From: Paramecium tetraurelia
Taxonomy: Eukaryota
Length of the DNA stretch: 64,000 nucleotides
Direction of reading: 5' to 3'
NCBI GenBank assembly: GCA_000165425.1
Contig: CT868130.1
Span: 62,001-126,000, forward strand
Notes under the pieces: model-generated
What the model was told of the DNA's origin: nothing
Databases searched by the model: none
Seen by the model: the letters and a program-made list of their open reading frames with translations, nothing else
Made by a program: the position numbers and the translations under genes
Shown: positions 1-12,310 of the stretch, in pieces
How positions within the stretch are numbered: position 1 is the stretch's first letter
How the letters are laid out: each line of letters begins with the position of its first letter

Positions 1-227
1 TACTTCTTTGATGTCAAAACCCTTCATTTGTTAGATTTTCATGTGAATCTCTTGAGTTACAAGTAAAATTCCCCTCAAATTGACCAAAGGTTGAGATGAA
101 TAGAGTTGGAATTGTATCAAATAATGTTTTGATGTATAAATTTTTATATCCGTTTTTGAAATAGTTCTAAAGTTTTTTATGTATTTAAAGGCAAGGATAG
201 AGTTTGAAATAAACATTAATATTTTTA

Positions 228-1281
228 ATGAAAGTTGCTATCACATTGTTGGTTGTATTAGCTCTCGCTAACGCTGGTATGGTGCAAAAATTCCCACTCA
301 CATACGGTGGAAAGAGAAGCATCATGAACATCATGGTTGAAGTCGAAAACAAGATCAAAGCCCACTCACCACTTGACACAATCAAGGGAGTTCTTGATAA
401 CTTCAAATCTGCAGTCGCCTAAGAATAAGGAACACACGATGAAGTCTATGGAGCTTAAAAGGCTGAATGCGATAGCGAAATCGCTTACAGAAGCACTTGA
501 AGTTGAAGATGCTACTGGTACACTCAAAATCGCCAACGGTATCTTGAAGACCTCAAACATCTTATTGAAGAAGACTTAAGCCACCCTCGGTGAAGTTGAA
601 AACATCTTGAACACCGTTTCATTACACATTGGACTCATCAACGACGCCAGAAAGGAAGACACCCAATCATACAACAGAGGTGCCGTCACATTCAACGATG
701 CCATCAACGCCATCGATGACTCCCTTGATTTGGCCGCCGCTTTAGCTAAAGGAGGAGCCAGTTTGATCTAAGTTGCCGAAATGACAACCAAATTGATGAA
801 ATCATCAGTTGCCACCAAGATGAACAAGGCTTTCATGGCCCCATTGGCTGCTTTGGCTTAAATCACATAAGAAGAAGACTCAGTAGGTGCTGCTGAAAGA
901 CTCGCCCAATTATTGTAAACCTTGAGATCCAACGTTGAAGAAGCTTGGGCCTCATACACCGCTGAAAACACCAACGCTTTGGGTCTCTTCGCCTAATAAA
1001 AGGATTTATACCTTGCCTCATAAGCCAGACTTGATGACTCAAAGGGAAGATTAGCCAACAAGGCTGAAAACTTACAAGGAGTTATTTCCGTCTAAACCGC
1101 AGTTGCTTAAGCCGCCACCAACAAGAAATAAAGAAACTAAACCTTATGGGATGATGCTGCCGACTTGTGCCACAGCTTCGATGTTGAATATGAAGCCGTC
1201 ACCACCGGAAGAAGATAAGAATTAGTTTTGGTCTAAGAATTGGAAAGATTAGCCGAAAGAAGAGCTGCTGAATAATAATGA
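228..1281 (+). CDS. Trichocyst matrix protein (TMP) family precursor; contains one apparent +1 frameshift near 495
   Basis: Signal peptide MKVAITLLVVLALANA, then helical heptads (EQGTHDEVY...ECDSEIAYR, FNDAINAIDDSL, SLIQV, PLAALAQI, RRQELVLVQEL). About 350 aa, strong C-ending codon bias, TGA at 1279-1281. Confidence 0.85.
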
Positions 1282-1420
1282 GATATAATCAAACCAATTA
1301 TTTCATTCATTCTTTTCAATTTCATTTCTTCTTCTAAAATGCTTTCAGATTCTACAAAGTAGAATTGCATTTATTAGAATAATTTCTAATTTCTATTAAT
1401 TATATATATATATTAATTAA

Positions 1421-2182
1421 TCAGTCGTTACTACCAAAGCACCTATGCATAGCAAACCCTCCACATGCGATAACCATAATAAAGTATATAGCCAATAATC
1501 CCACAAGTATCATAATGAGCATCATCTTTTTGTTTCTCCACCACATTTATCTTCTCAGAGTTGTTGCATTTGTTCTCATCGTTGTTGAAAGCCTAAAGCT
1601 ATTTCTATTTATTTACATAGCCATTTAATCAGTTTTAACCACCAAAATTTCTATTTTATCTCCTCTTTCCAGTAATTTATCTAGATTTTCCATCATTACG
1701 TCTTTGGTTTACTAAATGTTATCGGATACCATCCTTAATTTATCTGCCTAGGGAGAATTATAATATTAAATTTAGTTCTTTTATTCCTTTCATAGTTAAT
1801 GCAAATATTTTTACGATAGAGAATTATGAATTTAATCCATACGACATAGCTTTATCCCTTTATTATGGCGTAAACATTTAAAAGAATTTTTATTTCATGT
1901 CCTCCAAACAGGCAAATGCAATTCTCATCTTCAATCCTCTATCTGCCATAATCAAAAAGGAAAACCCATCTTCTACTAAAATGTGGAACTCATATTATTC
2001 ATAGTTGAATGATTTCTTTGCATTTTATTGGTTAACCTTTTGATATTATTATGGTATACTTTTGATAGAATTGTTTTGGAAAAATCTATATAGTTCCCTT
2101 TAAGTATTGAATATTCTGACAAAAATAAATTCGAGCCTCTTGCAACGACTGCATATATTATCTGGGGATTAGATGATTGCAT
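1421..2182 (-). CDS. VAMP7: Longin R-SNARE, VAMP7-like
   Basis: Longin start IIYAVVARG...LSEY and FLIMADRGLKMRIAFACLEDMK; R-SNARE motif VMMENLDKLLERGDKIEILVVKTD; MWWRNKKM followed by C-terminal TM; two tiny introns; TGA at 1421-1423. Confidence 0.9.
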
Positions 2183-2298
2183 TAATAATTAATGAAAATA
2201 CACATTATAGATGCAATTATATAATTTCAGAAAAAGAGAATTTATAAGTATTCGTAATTTTTAAATATTACATACATTCTATAAAATTAAAATACATT

Positions 2299-3587
2299 TC
2301 ACATTATTTTATCCCTATCCAAAAAGGATTTCCCTTTGATGCAAATTCTTTAATAGTCCGTTGATTTTCCTACAAATAATCTAACCAACAGAGCGATATT
2401 CAATAGCCTCATTAACATGCTTCCTAAAATAATCACCTTGTATGATTTATAGGGATCAATGACTTTAGAGACCATCAATAGAACTGGGAAGGAGATAAAG
2501 AATAGAGTTCCAAATAGTTTAAGTTTGAAATAAAAACTATCAGCAACTTCCCCTTTCTTTTTTTGCTGATTTGCTGAATAAAAGAAATATAGAGCAAGAA
2601 CTATATAAATAATGCTAATTGAATAGCCTGCCCACCCTTCATACATATGAAATTAGGTTTAAGTGCTAAGCAACCTGCCTATAATGGCAAATATTGTTTA
2701 GACTATTCCAAGGACAAATACTAAGGGAAGATAGAAAGCTGCCTACGTCTCTAGATTAATAAAATCAATTGTCCAACCCCAAGCTATTAGTATTAATAAC
2801 AACATCAGCAAATAGTTATCCACTGATTAAATCACTTCTGATAGGATTGCAAATACACTGATTCCTCTTCCATTACTGTTATACACCAAAAGATTGAAGA
2901 AATTGAGAGTATTTTAGGATGCCTCCAATCCAATGATTACTAGGACAAAAAGTAATGCGTAATCTTTTTCTCCATATTTCTCCTATTCTTTCCTAAAAAT
3001 CCGATAGTTGTAATAAAATCCAATTATAGTTAGTAATGCCAAGACAGAAACAATGCTGAACAATCCATGTTCTTCCAAAGAGAATTCTTATCCTCCTTCA
3101 TCGTAGAACCAGATAGTTATTTCCAATTTGATTTTAGATGAAGAATTAGAAAACATTTTTTCAAGTTTGTGATCACAATTATTAAATATTGCCAACCAGA
3201 CATTATGATGTCTTCCATAAGCCAACTATCCATTCAATGTAGAGATCTCTTCAAAAGGGTTAACTTCTATGGATTGGTAGATAATTCTATTTGCTTTATC
3301 CTACTTACGGCACTCAGGTATTGACTAAGCTTATTGCCATTTATCCTATTAAAAGAATTCAAAAGGGATCATTAATCTTTCGCCTTCATAATCTTTGGGA
3401 ACATTAATCAAACGAGACCTATCTATAAGATGGCGATTAAGTACTGTATTTCGTAATTTACAACTCCGCGACTGCCGAATCTGCTTATTGGGATGTAGTC
3501 CATGGTCGAAAGTTATTTGAGGGAGAATGATCTAGTAATGATTTTGGCTTAGGATAAAGCTAAGAAAATGAATAAAATTCGAAACAT
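2299..3587 (-). CDS. GPR180/TMEM145-like 7TM protein with luminal N-terminal domain
   Basis: Signal peptide; luminal domain ending VWLAIFNNCD...EFSLEEHG; YNSNGRG, LLILIAWGWTI, FHMYEGWAGY and several TM helices; TGA at 2299-2301. Confidence 0.85.
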
Positions 3588-3598
3588 TTAATAATTAA

Positions 3599-6009
3599 AT
3601 GATAATTTTATTGCTGATTTAAACATGCTACAGTTCCAGTTTATTTGACAACTCAACTCTTAATAACATTACCGACCTATTCACTAGATGTAAAATGAAA
3701 GGCGAGAATCAAGACAATCTATTATTTCAGTGTTCATAAATGAATGCCATAATTCCTAAATCCCAATTAAATCAAGATTCTGTCTACGCCTATTCCTTCA
3801 ACACAACAGAAGATGTCTAACTAAGCAATATGCTTCTTAGTGAATTGCTTATAGACCCAGAGACACTATCCTACCAAATTAAATTACTAGTTTTATATTA
3901 TTCATATTATGGGAATTTGCTGTAGATGATCCAGTCACTTTCCATCAACAAATATTCATTCTATAATTACTAGGCAACTGCAATCGATGGAACTTTGAAT
4001 ATGATTGGACTTCTAAGTAATTATATGATTTCTATATTTAGTGAGTCATGTAAATGAGCATTATATTACATGTTATTTTATACCAATCCATCCAAGTAGA
4101 GTGAATTCTTTTCCTTTGAAGGCACATAACTTTACTTGCACTTCAACTTGTGTTATCAAAGGGTTTTCACAATACTATAATAAACAGAGGAATAGTTTGA
4201 TTATTGTAATTGCAGAGGAGGACATATTAAACATATTGGAGTACTCTTTTTTGGATTGGCAATTGAGATTCGTTTCACAATATTAGATTGCAGAATTGAT
4301 TTAAAAAAATGATTTAATTTTGAAGACCTAATAATTTGAAGACTATCTACTGGTTGAATTAAAAACCTGTTAAGCCTTGTTTCATATTTCCTCCATTCTT
4401 TATGAGGTTCAACTCTTGTATTTATTCTCAAATTCTCCACTATTCGTTGATCAAAAGTCGAATCTAGTATTTCAGAAGTCCTATCATCAAACTCTAGTTT
4501 ACTCCATAGACAATACCCCAAATTGGTTCACCTTAAAATAGGTTAACTTCCTTTAGATCATCGATGTCCCCTTCACTAATTCGATTATAGTTCAAGATGA
4601 AAAGTAATTTGTTTTTGTTTATGACAACTTCCGCTTATTAAAAGTGCAACTAGATAGAAATGAAAACGTAAATCAATAAAGCAACTGTCCAAATACATTT
4701 ACTTCATTTCCACATCCAAATTCTTAATCCTTAGAATATTAGTTCTAATTCTTGGATGAGAATTGGGAGTAAAATAAAAATAACCTCGAACCTCTTGAAG
4801 AATTGTAGAATTATACTTCATGTATCAAACCATGCGACCTCTTGTATTTTAACTATGACATTCAGATGGTCCCATACGAACAATAGTGTATTAGTTCTGA
4901 ACTATATCAATAATTTACTGATTACTGCAGTATATAAAATAGTTGCTTGAAATGCAATAACTAAATTGGATGCAATTGGGATAATGATGCTTGTCATAAG
5001 GAAACCCAAATGTATTAAATAGATCTCTCTTCAAATGAGTAAAGTTCTAAATGGTATTACGGTAAGATATGGAAGTGTGAGGAAACACAATAATAAAATA
5101 CTGACGTCTTTTGTGGATATAACTAAACTGAATTTTCAGAAAATAAGGAGTTCACCTATCAAGGATAAATAAGAAAAGGACAAATGTGCTCTTGGTTTTA
5201 TGATGCTAATGAATTCCAGTAATTCAACTTGTTTTTCAAGGCTGATCTTGTGAATCTCCCTTCCTTCATTTAGATATCAATTTGTTTAGGATTGAGTAAG
5301 AATGAAATTTGTTCATAGATCAATTTCGAACCATGGGATTTCAATTAGACAACTACCTATCCATTCAAGGGATATTACTTTAGATATACAATCATATTTA
5401 TTGAGGATAATTTGGCAAATAACATCTCGTTTTCCTTTTCAAATTCTGCTCCAATATCAATGGGGGATAGACTGAAACAATCACTGTTATAAATGTTGAC
5501 TTGGCTGTGCTGTGGGATATTGCTATTTTGCATAATGGGATACATGGCTAAGAGAAGATTACAATATTTGGTGGCTTAGACGATAGATAATGATCTCAAT
5601 TAAGTAATTATATGAATTAATCTTAAAGATAGCACCCTATATGTAGCATTAGGTTCCTTTGAATGATGATAGATTGAAAACTGTGATGCAGAATTTGATT
5701 GACCAAGAAATAATTACTAAATACCCATCTGATCCTTCATTGTTGTTGTATGGAGAGGACTCATGTGCTTTTTGTTTTGACTAATTTGATGTCTCTCAAT
5801 TCGTTGCTCAACTATTTTGTGGACATGTTTACCATTACGATTGTTTTGAAGATTGGATAAGAATTAAGGGGATGCTTGATAAATGCCCGATTTGCAATCA
5901 GAAAGTGGATCATTTCTTAGCCAACAAGGAAGAGTATGCAATTATTAAGTCTTAAATATTGGATAGAATAAATGAATCGGAGAAGCATACCACTCATTTA
6001 ATCGAATGA
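3599..6009 (+). CDS. Signal-peptide, single-pass membrane protein with C-terminal RING-H2 finger (putative receptor-like E3 ligase)
   Basis: Signal peptide MIILLLIQTCYS; Cys-rich PSI-like motif at about 4923-4995; TM at about 5490-5548; RING-H2 CAFC...CGHVYHYDCFEDW...CPIC at 5764-5895; introns near 4017 and 5604. Confidence 0.85.
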
Positions 6010-6034
6010 CACTATTAATATTAATTAAATTATC

Positions 6035-6772
6035 ATGTAACGAAGTAGCAATAGCCCCATTTTTCTGTCTCCAGATCAATTCGCCACTCTATTCAATCAA
6101 GGAATTCGAGAATCCCTCTATTTAGATGAAATGCAAGACCAACGCGAACTCAGTTTCTCAGCTCCCAAGACTGATGAGACTAATCAATCAAACTTGCCCA
6201 TTTAATCTAGTAATTTTTTACCTGAATTTCCCAAGGATGATGTTGTCATAAGTATTATTCATTCAAGTCTATGCTTAGTATCTAAACAAATATATGAATA
6301 ATCGCAAAACATCGAGTAACATAATAAACAGTTGAGCGAGTCATACTAAAGAATACTAAAGTAGAACAAAGAATTATTGAACAAGAGGAAGGAATTAGAA
6401 GAGGAGAACTAGGGTCTTCTGGAGGAAAACTTCGATCTTAAGAGACAGGCTCATGAACTTTAATAAAAATTGACGCTAGCCCAAAATTAGATGCTAGCCA
6501 AAAGAGATCAGGAAATACAAACCTTGAAATAGCAAATTAAAGAATTGCAGTGTTAATCGAATTCCAGAGATTCAGCCACCAAGACTGAAGGAAGTACTGC
6601 CACTTCTCATAAATATTGTTTCGGGTCGAACACTCATAGAGTACAGTCTAATGAACAATCGAAAAATCCATCTAGATTCACTTCTCCAGTTCCGAAACAA
6701 TAAACCTCGGAGTTCTCAGTCTTCAATCAATATAATTCAAATACTGTGTTCGGGAAACAACCCCAATTATGA
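6035..6772 (+). CDS. Hypothetical coiled-coil protein
   Basis: Open code-6 frame with a probable intron near 6252; E/Q/K/L heptads (KELEEENQGLLEENFDLKRQAHELQQKL); TGA at 6770-6772. Confidence 0.65.
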
Positions 6773-6918
6773 ATTTACATCTAAATGTATATATTATCTG
6801 TTTGAAAATTGCATCAACTACTTATCGAAATCAAGCACCCACACGTAATTGCCATTCCATAATTAGGACTAGAAATTATTATTACATTAGCTAAAATAAT
6901 TAATTCTTAATTTATAAA

Positions 6919-8115
6919 ATGCAAAGCTCCAAGGTTCAAGTCACCTTCGGTTCTGAAACCTTATATTACAAATTGACTGACGATCCTGATGATTTCATTT
7001 ATGCTGTTTGCACTACATTTAAAATCAAACAGTTCGACGCAAAGTATCGATTATTTTCATAATAGAGTAGATTGGAAATAAACAAAAATTAGGTATAAAT
7101 TTTCGAATTTCGAAATCCCAATTTAATAAAGAAGGATGTCATGTTTAAGATATAATAATCGGGATGCAAGTCCATTGAAATTATTGAATTTAATGATAAA
7201 TAAAATCAATTTTTTGAAGCATTTGTTAGGGGGAATACAATTGAATGTTGCACCAGATTAGATTGCAAATTATGCTTGGGAACTGGAAAAGCAATCATTA
7301 AAGAAAGCGATTAGCCATTCATAAATGAAGTTGTTAAGAACAAACTAAACGAAAGACTACCGGATATTAGTTAGATGTACAATTTATTAATGCTATTTTA
7401 GAATTCAAAGAAGAGACTAGACAAAAATCACTTCTCCAGAAGATTTTTTGAAATACCATAATAGTATCAAAAAGTGTCTTAAGCAAGAATATTTAACAAT
7501 AACACCTGATATGATAGTTATTCAAAATATCTAAGAGAGCGATGGTATGAATAATTTACAATCTTAGTTATTTAGCAGGATGATAGATACAATCATAAAT
7601 ACAAAGTAAAAATAATTGAAAAGTCTAATTTTGAAGGGGAAGTAGGAGGTGAGGCTGTAATGCAATTAAGGTATATGAATGATGGATTTCATAATTGGCC
7701 TTAAAAAGTGTAATTGGTTTGCAATGAAGGCCCGTTTTAGATCAGATAGGATATCAAATCAGCAATTAAATAGTAGACAATAAACTAAGAAATAAAAATC
7801 CACATTCCCGATATCCCGTAGAATTAGTACGAGTTCTAATGTAGATTTGAATATCAAAATGAGCATAATGAAAGGATTCAATTTGGACCAGTCATAAAGT
7901 TAAAGTTAATTGTGAAAGACAGGAATGGAAAATCAACCAAACATTACAATTTTGATGAGCTAAATAGAAAATTAATCCCTGAAATTAAGAGTCAACTAGT
8001 TTAAATGGGATATTTGAATGAAATTAATATAAATAGGATAGAAGCCATACTCTAAAAATCAACATATAGAATGCTAACTTTAGAGGGGTTTATGAATGAG
8101 TTTTTTTTGGAATGA
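6919..8115 (+). CDS. NBR1-like protein (PB1-like, CxxCxGxG, FW/Ig-like and UBA-like segments)
   Basis: N-terminal KVQVTFGSETLY; CKLCLGTGK; LRYMNDGFHNWPQKVQLVC...YEFQCRFEY...QFGPVIKLKLIV; C-terminal QLVQMGY; TGA at 8113-8115. Confidence 0.7.
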
Positions 8116-8224
8116 TTGATTTAAGAATAAATTTAAACTTTTATTAATAATAATCTATATTATACGAGCTTAATCCATTTCTTTTAATATTTATTATTTA
8201 ATACACAATTAGCCACATAATACA

Positions 8225-9971
8225 TCATAAGCATTTTTTCTAAATTAGATCTTTATATTTTTTTGTTCCCGGCAAGTTTTCATCCATTATTAATCTGAAA
8301 AGGTTATCTTCATTAATCTTTATGCCTTAATCCAATTTATCCTTATAAGCTTCATTTATTTCTTCTATATTTTTTTGTGTAATAATTTAATCGAGAGGTT
8401 TAAAATCTTTTTTCATTTTAGCTTATATTTTAAGGAGTAATCTTCTTAAATCTCAAGTACTTACTCCTAAGATAGGCATTCTGAATATCAATCATGTCCT
8501 AAGCCATCTTCGCATGTTGCTTTTACCTCGCAGGTGTAGTCTTTAATGTTTGAGGATTATAATTGATTTCCATGATGTGAATTTTGAGATCATCAGTCAG
8601 AATAAAATCAGCTGCAAAGAACTCTGCTAATCTACTGTCTCTTGTTATTTAGTCTTCCACTGACTTAATAGAATGTATAATCATTCTATCAACTGTTGGA
8701 TAGAGATAATTTTGGAGCCATTTCTTGTCTTTAATTTTTCCTTATTAAAGTAATAAGTCTTGCAAATAATCCAATTTCCAATCAATAAACAATTCAGATT
8801 CATCAGCATTTTCATCATCCAAATCCAAATCAGCTCCTCTCTACTTAAGAGTGCTCTTCACTATGGCTGTATTGCAAACATGAGCTTCCTTGTTTAATGA
8901 GAACTTGTCAAATGGAGCTATGCATCTTCTAATTAAGGTCTTATCGTATGCATAGGCTATTATTGGATTAGTCGAAGCCAGAACCCAATATATTCGAAAT
9001 TCTATCTTATGATTATTGAACAACATCGGGTTTCCAATGTATTATTGTGCAACTAACAGAGAGTGATCTGCACCACAACTTTTTCCATTTTTATATTTTT
9101 CCTACAACTTTTTAGTTTCTTCAGGAAACAACACTTTGATTCCTCTGCCTCGATGAACTTCTAAACCTACTTTGGTTATAAATTGGGGCCCTTCTTTAGC
9201 TATTTTATCCTTGTATTCCTTAGAATTCAAATAATCGAAAAATTCTTTACAATCTTATTTCTAAAACAAACGATAGGTTTTTGGAATGAAGGTTGCATTT
9301 TAAATACATTCTTAATCAACACCTTTCTCTCTTAGAGAATCGATATATTTATATTAATTATTCATGAGGTTGTCCTTGTGAGAAAGAACATGTCTTGAAG
9401 GCAAATGGTTATATTTTTAGAATAAACATAGAGATGCTAATTGCTTATTAATAGTTCATACCTTATCCCACTTTAAATTTATGAATCAATTAATCGTAGT
9501 AAGTGAATGGCAAAGTTAATTGCTCTGGCAAAATATGCTTCGATAAAGCTATCAATTTATTAGAATAAGCATGTTTACTTTGGGAATTTTTCATTTTTAA
9601 GTACATTTAAGGGATGCAATCAAAATAAGATGATCTCAAGGTCTCTCTGATCACACCTTTGACTTCGCGAAAAGTATAAGTGTCTGTCATTATAACATCA
9701 GGGTGGTAAAATTTGTATAAATCTGACCTTTTGCAATAGTCATATTCTGGTTTCACTAGAATCGAATTATACTAACAATTAGTTATATAATTGATACTGC
9801 GGAATGATTGGCTGAAGGTGCATAATAAGTGTTTGTTAAGTATTTGTTAAGGTATGTCAATATTTGGTCGACTTCTTATCTATTTTTATAAACAAGGGAT
9901 GTCCGAATGAAGTTGTAAATGAGAAGATGACTCAATATTGACACGATTAAGATAATCGCCTTACCAAACAT
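8225..9971 (-). CDS. Tubulin-tyrosine-ligase-family (ATP-grasp) protein with N-terminal hydrophobic anchor
   Basis: YNHLP...LSHKDNL, FIPKTYRL, KVGLEVHRGRGIKV, VAQQYIGNPML...KIEFRIYWVL, HVCNTAI, EFFAADFIL...HIMEINYNP; N-terminus MFGKAIILIVSILSHLLIYNF. Confidence 0.85.
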
Positions 9972-10789
9972 TTTATTTTTAATTATATTCGTTTTTAATC
10001 ATTAATTTAATTCATCATAATGATATTTTATATTCCGTTTTATTACTTCTTTATTCAACTTAATTGCGAATAAGTAATTTTACTATATTTATTAAACAAT
10101 TAGATTAATCTCTTGTACTTTTTGACTTGTTTAATTACTTTCAATTTAATTTTATAATTTGATTACTTTATCAATTATGATAATTCATCTTCATATTACA
10201 AATTAAATTATTATAAAATGTTGTGAATAAAATTAATATAATATAATAATACATAGATTGATATTTCAACAATGCCAAGATATAAAATGTCAATAAGAAT
10301 AAAATTTTCTGTTATATCATTTAAAGTTATAAAATTTTTAAAATATTATTTCAAATAATTTATTTTGGAATACAATAATATGGATACTATTTTTTAATCA
10401 ATACGAGCAATTTAAATAGTTTTCAATATAAATTTTCTTTTCAATTATTTCAAAAAATATGGATATGAAAGATGATATTGAAAAATGAGTTTAATAATGA
10501 TACCAAAATCTTAATAAAAAATGTCTTAACTATGCTAATATAAAATTAGATGATTCAATAATATATTCAACCTTTACTGAACTTTAATTTTCATTTTTAG
10601 ATTTTAAAAGACTAAATATTACTCAATAGAAGAATTCTATTTTAGGAATTTGAAAAATAAATAAATATCAATTTAATTTTTTGAGATTATGTAAATCAGT
10701 GATATAAAAATAAATAATTAGTTTTAGCAAATAATTCTGCTTATGTCTTATCTTAAGAGGCGCAAACTTGTAGTAATTTCTCTTCAATA

Positions 10790-11754
10790 TCATGAATGTT
10801 GACTGAATCTATGAGTTATATAATTTCAGATGAGAAATGTTACATAGTTTAAGAGTTTAACTTTTTTTGTTATTTAGAACTTAAAAACTTTGGCAAAGGA
10901 TAAGGTTTTTCTCTTGGTAATTCACTCATTGATCGTCTATCCAGAACAGTTCTTTACTGTGTTTTTTCTAGAAGATTGCTCTTCTTAGCATTTTGAGATC
11001 TTTCTCGGTTAAACAAAGCTTCTTCAATTTTTAATTACTCAAGTAACCCTCTTCTTTTAACTTCAACAACATTTTAAGATTTCTTAGAACAGGCCTTCTC
11101 AAGACTTTCCTCCAATCTTTTTAATCTCTGTAAATCCTGCTGTTTCTTCTCTTCTAAACATTTTTAATAACGTGCCAATGTTTCATTAACTCTAGTACTT
11201 TTAGGAATTAAATATTGGGCTTATTTTAAGAGTTCCCATTTTTGCAACTTAACATCATAGCTCATCCTTCTTTACACTTGCTTATCTGTTATCAATTTCT
11301 AAATAATGTCTCTGTTTCTATGAACTTATTCTAATCGAGAAGTGTCTAAGACTTCCTTTTAATATGCACGCAATTCCCTTTCACTACTTATTTGTTTCCT
11401 TCGTGTTTCTATTAATTGCTCCTTTTACGAATATTGCATCAATTATTATTCTCGATAATCTTGTTAAAACTTCTTTATCTTCAACAATTTATCATTAATC
11501 CTAGATGTTGTAGAATCCTCTTATTTTTCTTCAGGTGGTAGCGATTTTGGGTGATTTTAAGTTTCTTCTGATTTTCTATTGAGTAATTCCTAATATTCAA
11601 TTAACAATCTCTATCTTCTTTTTTCATATTGTTTCAGGATTGTTTCTTAATAGAATTGAGAATCATTCTCAAATTCAGGAGGGACTTTAATCTTTTTGAG
11701 AGGTAATAGATCTTGTTCTGTGACGCCCATTTTTCTTAATATTTGTTAATTCAT
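10790..11754 (-). CDS. Hypothetical coiled-coil protein; probable 1-nt deletion at 11028-11032
   Basis: MNQQILRKMGVTEQDLL..., long K/E/Q-rich frame. The span is one base short of a multiple of 3, and the natural continuation needs one more A in an A5 run. Confidence 0.6.
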
Positions 11755-12310
11755 TAATAATAATATAACATAAGATTAACAATTTCATTTTTCGTGTGAT
11801 ATTAATATGCAACTCTTCCTAAGTCCTATTAATTGATTTGTAAATTCTATATTCAATTCTTGCTGCGATAAAGTTTAAATCATTTTTATATTATTATTTC
11901 TTTCTTTACATTTACCAATTGATAAATATAGAATATCTACTAGAATATTCTCTTTAGTAACTTAAAGGAATTGTAAATAAAAAGTCCCATTCTCTTATGA
12001 TTCTATTATTTTTATTAATCACGTTTCCATATTATTGTATATTCTGATTTTATGCTCACTTATGCTTTTTTTTTACAGAATTATGAAAATTCAAACCCAT
12101 TACTATTTGATTCAAGTTTCATCTTCCTCTCCTTCAGATTCATCCTTCATTCTTTTATATTTTGTTGAGTCATTGTATAATTTTTGAAAGCTATTTAGTA
12201 TAAAAACATGACAACTTATTTTGATTGTAACATTTATAATGCGTAAAACTACATCATTAATTAATATCACTTAATACATAAAGAACAGACTTATATAAAC
12301 AATTATTTTA

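Noticed and set aside
1401..1413. (TA)n microsatellites here and near 24733 and 52186
   Set aside because: Short and expected in AT-rich 3' or intergenic DNA.
9972..10789. About 800 bp of very AT-rich DNA, considered as a retained IES, snoRNA or gene
   Set aside because: No convincing TA-bounded inverted ends, no canonical C/D box pair and no credible frame were seen. It is intergenic or a decayed gene.
11785..11883. 32-codon minus-strand ORF upstream of the coiled-coil gene
   Set aside because: Too short, with no recognisable motif; expected by chance when only TGA terminates.
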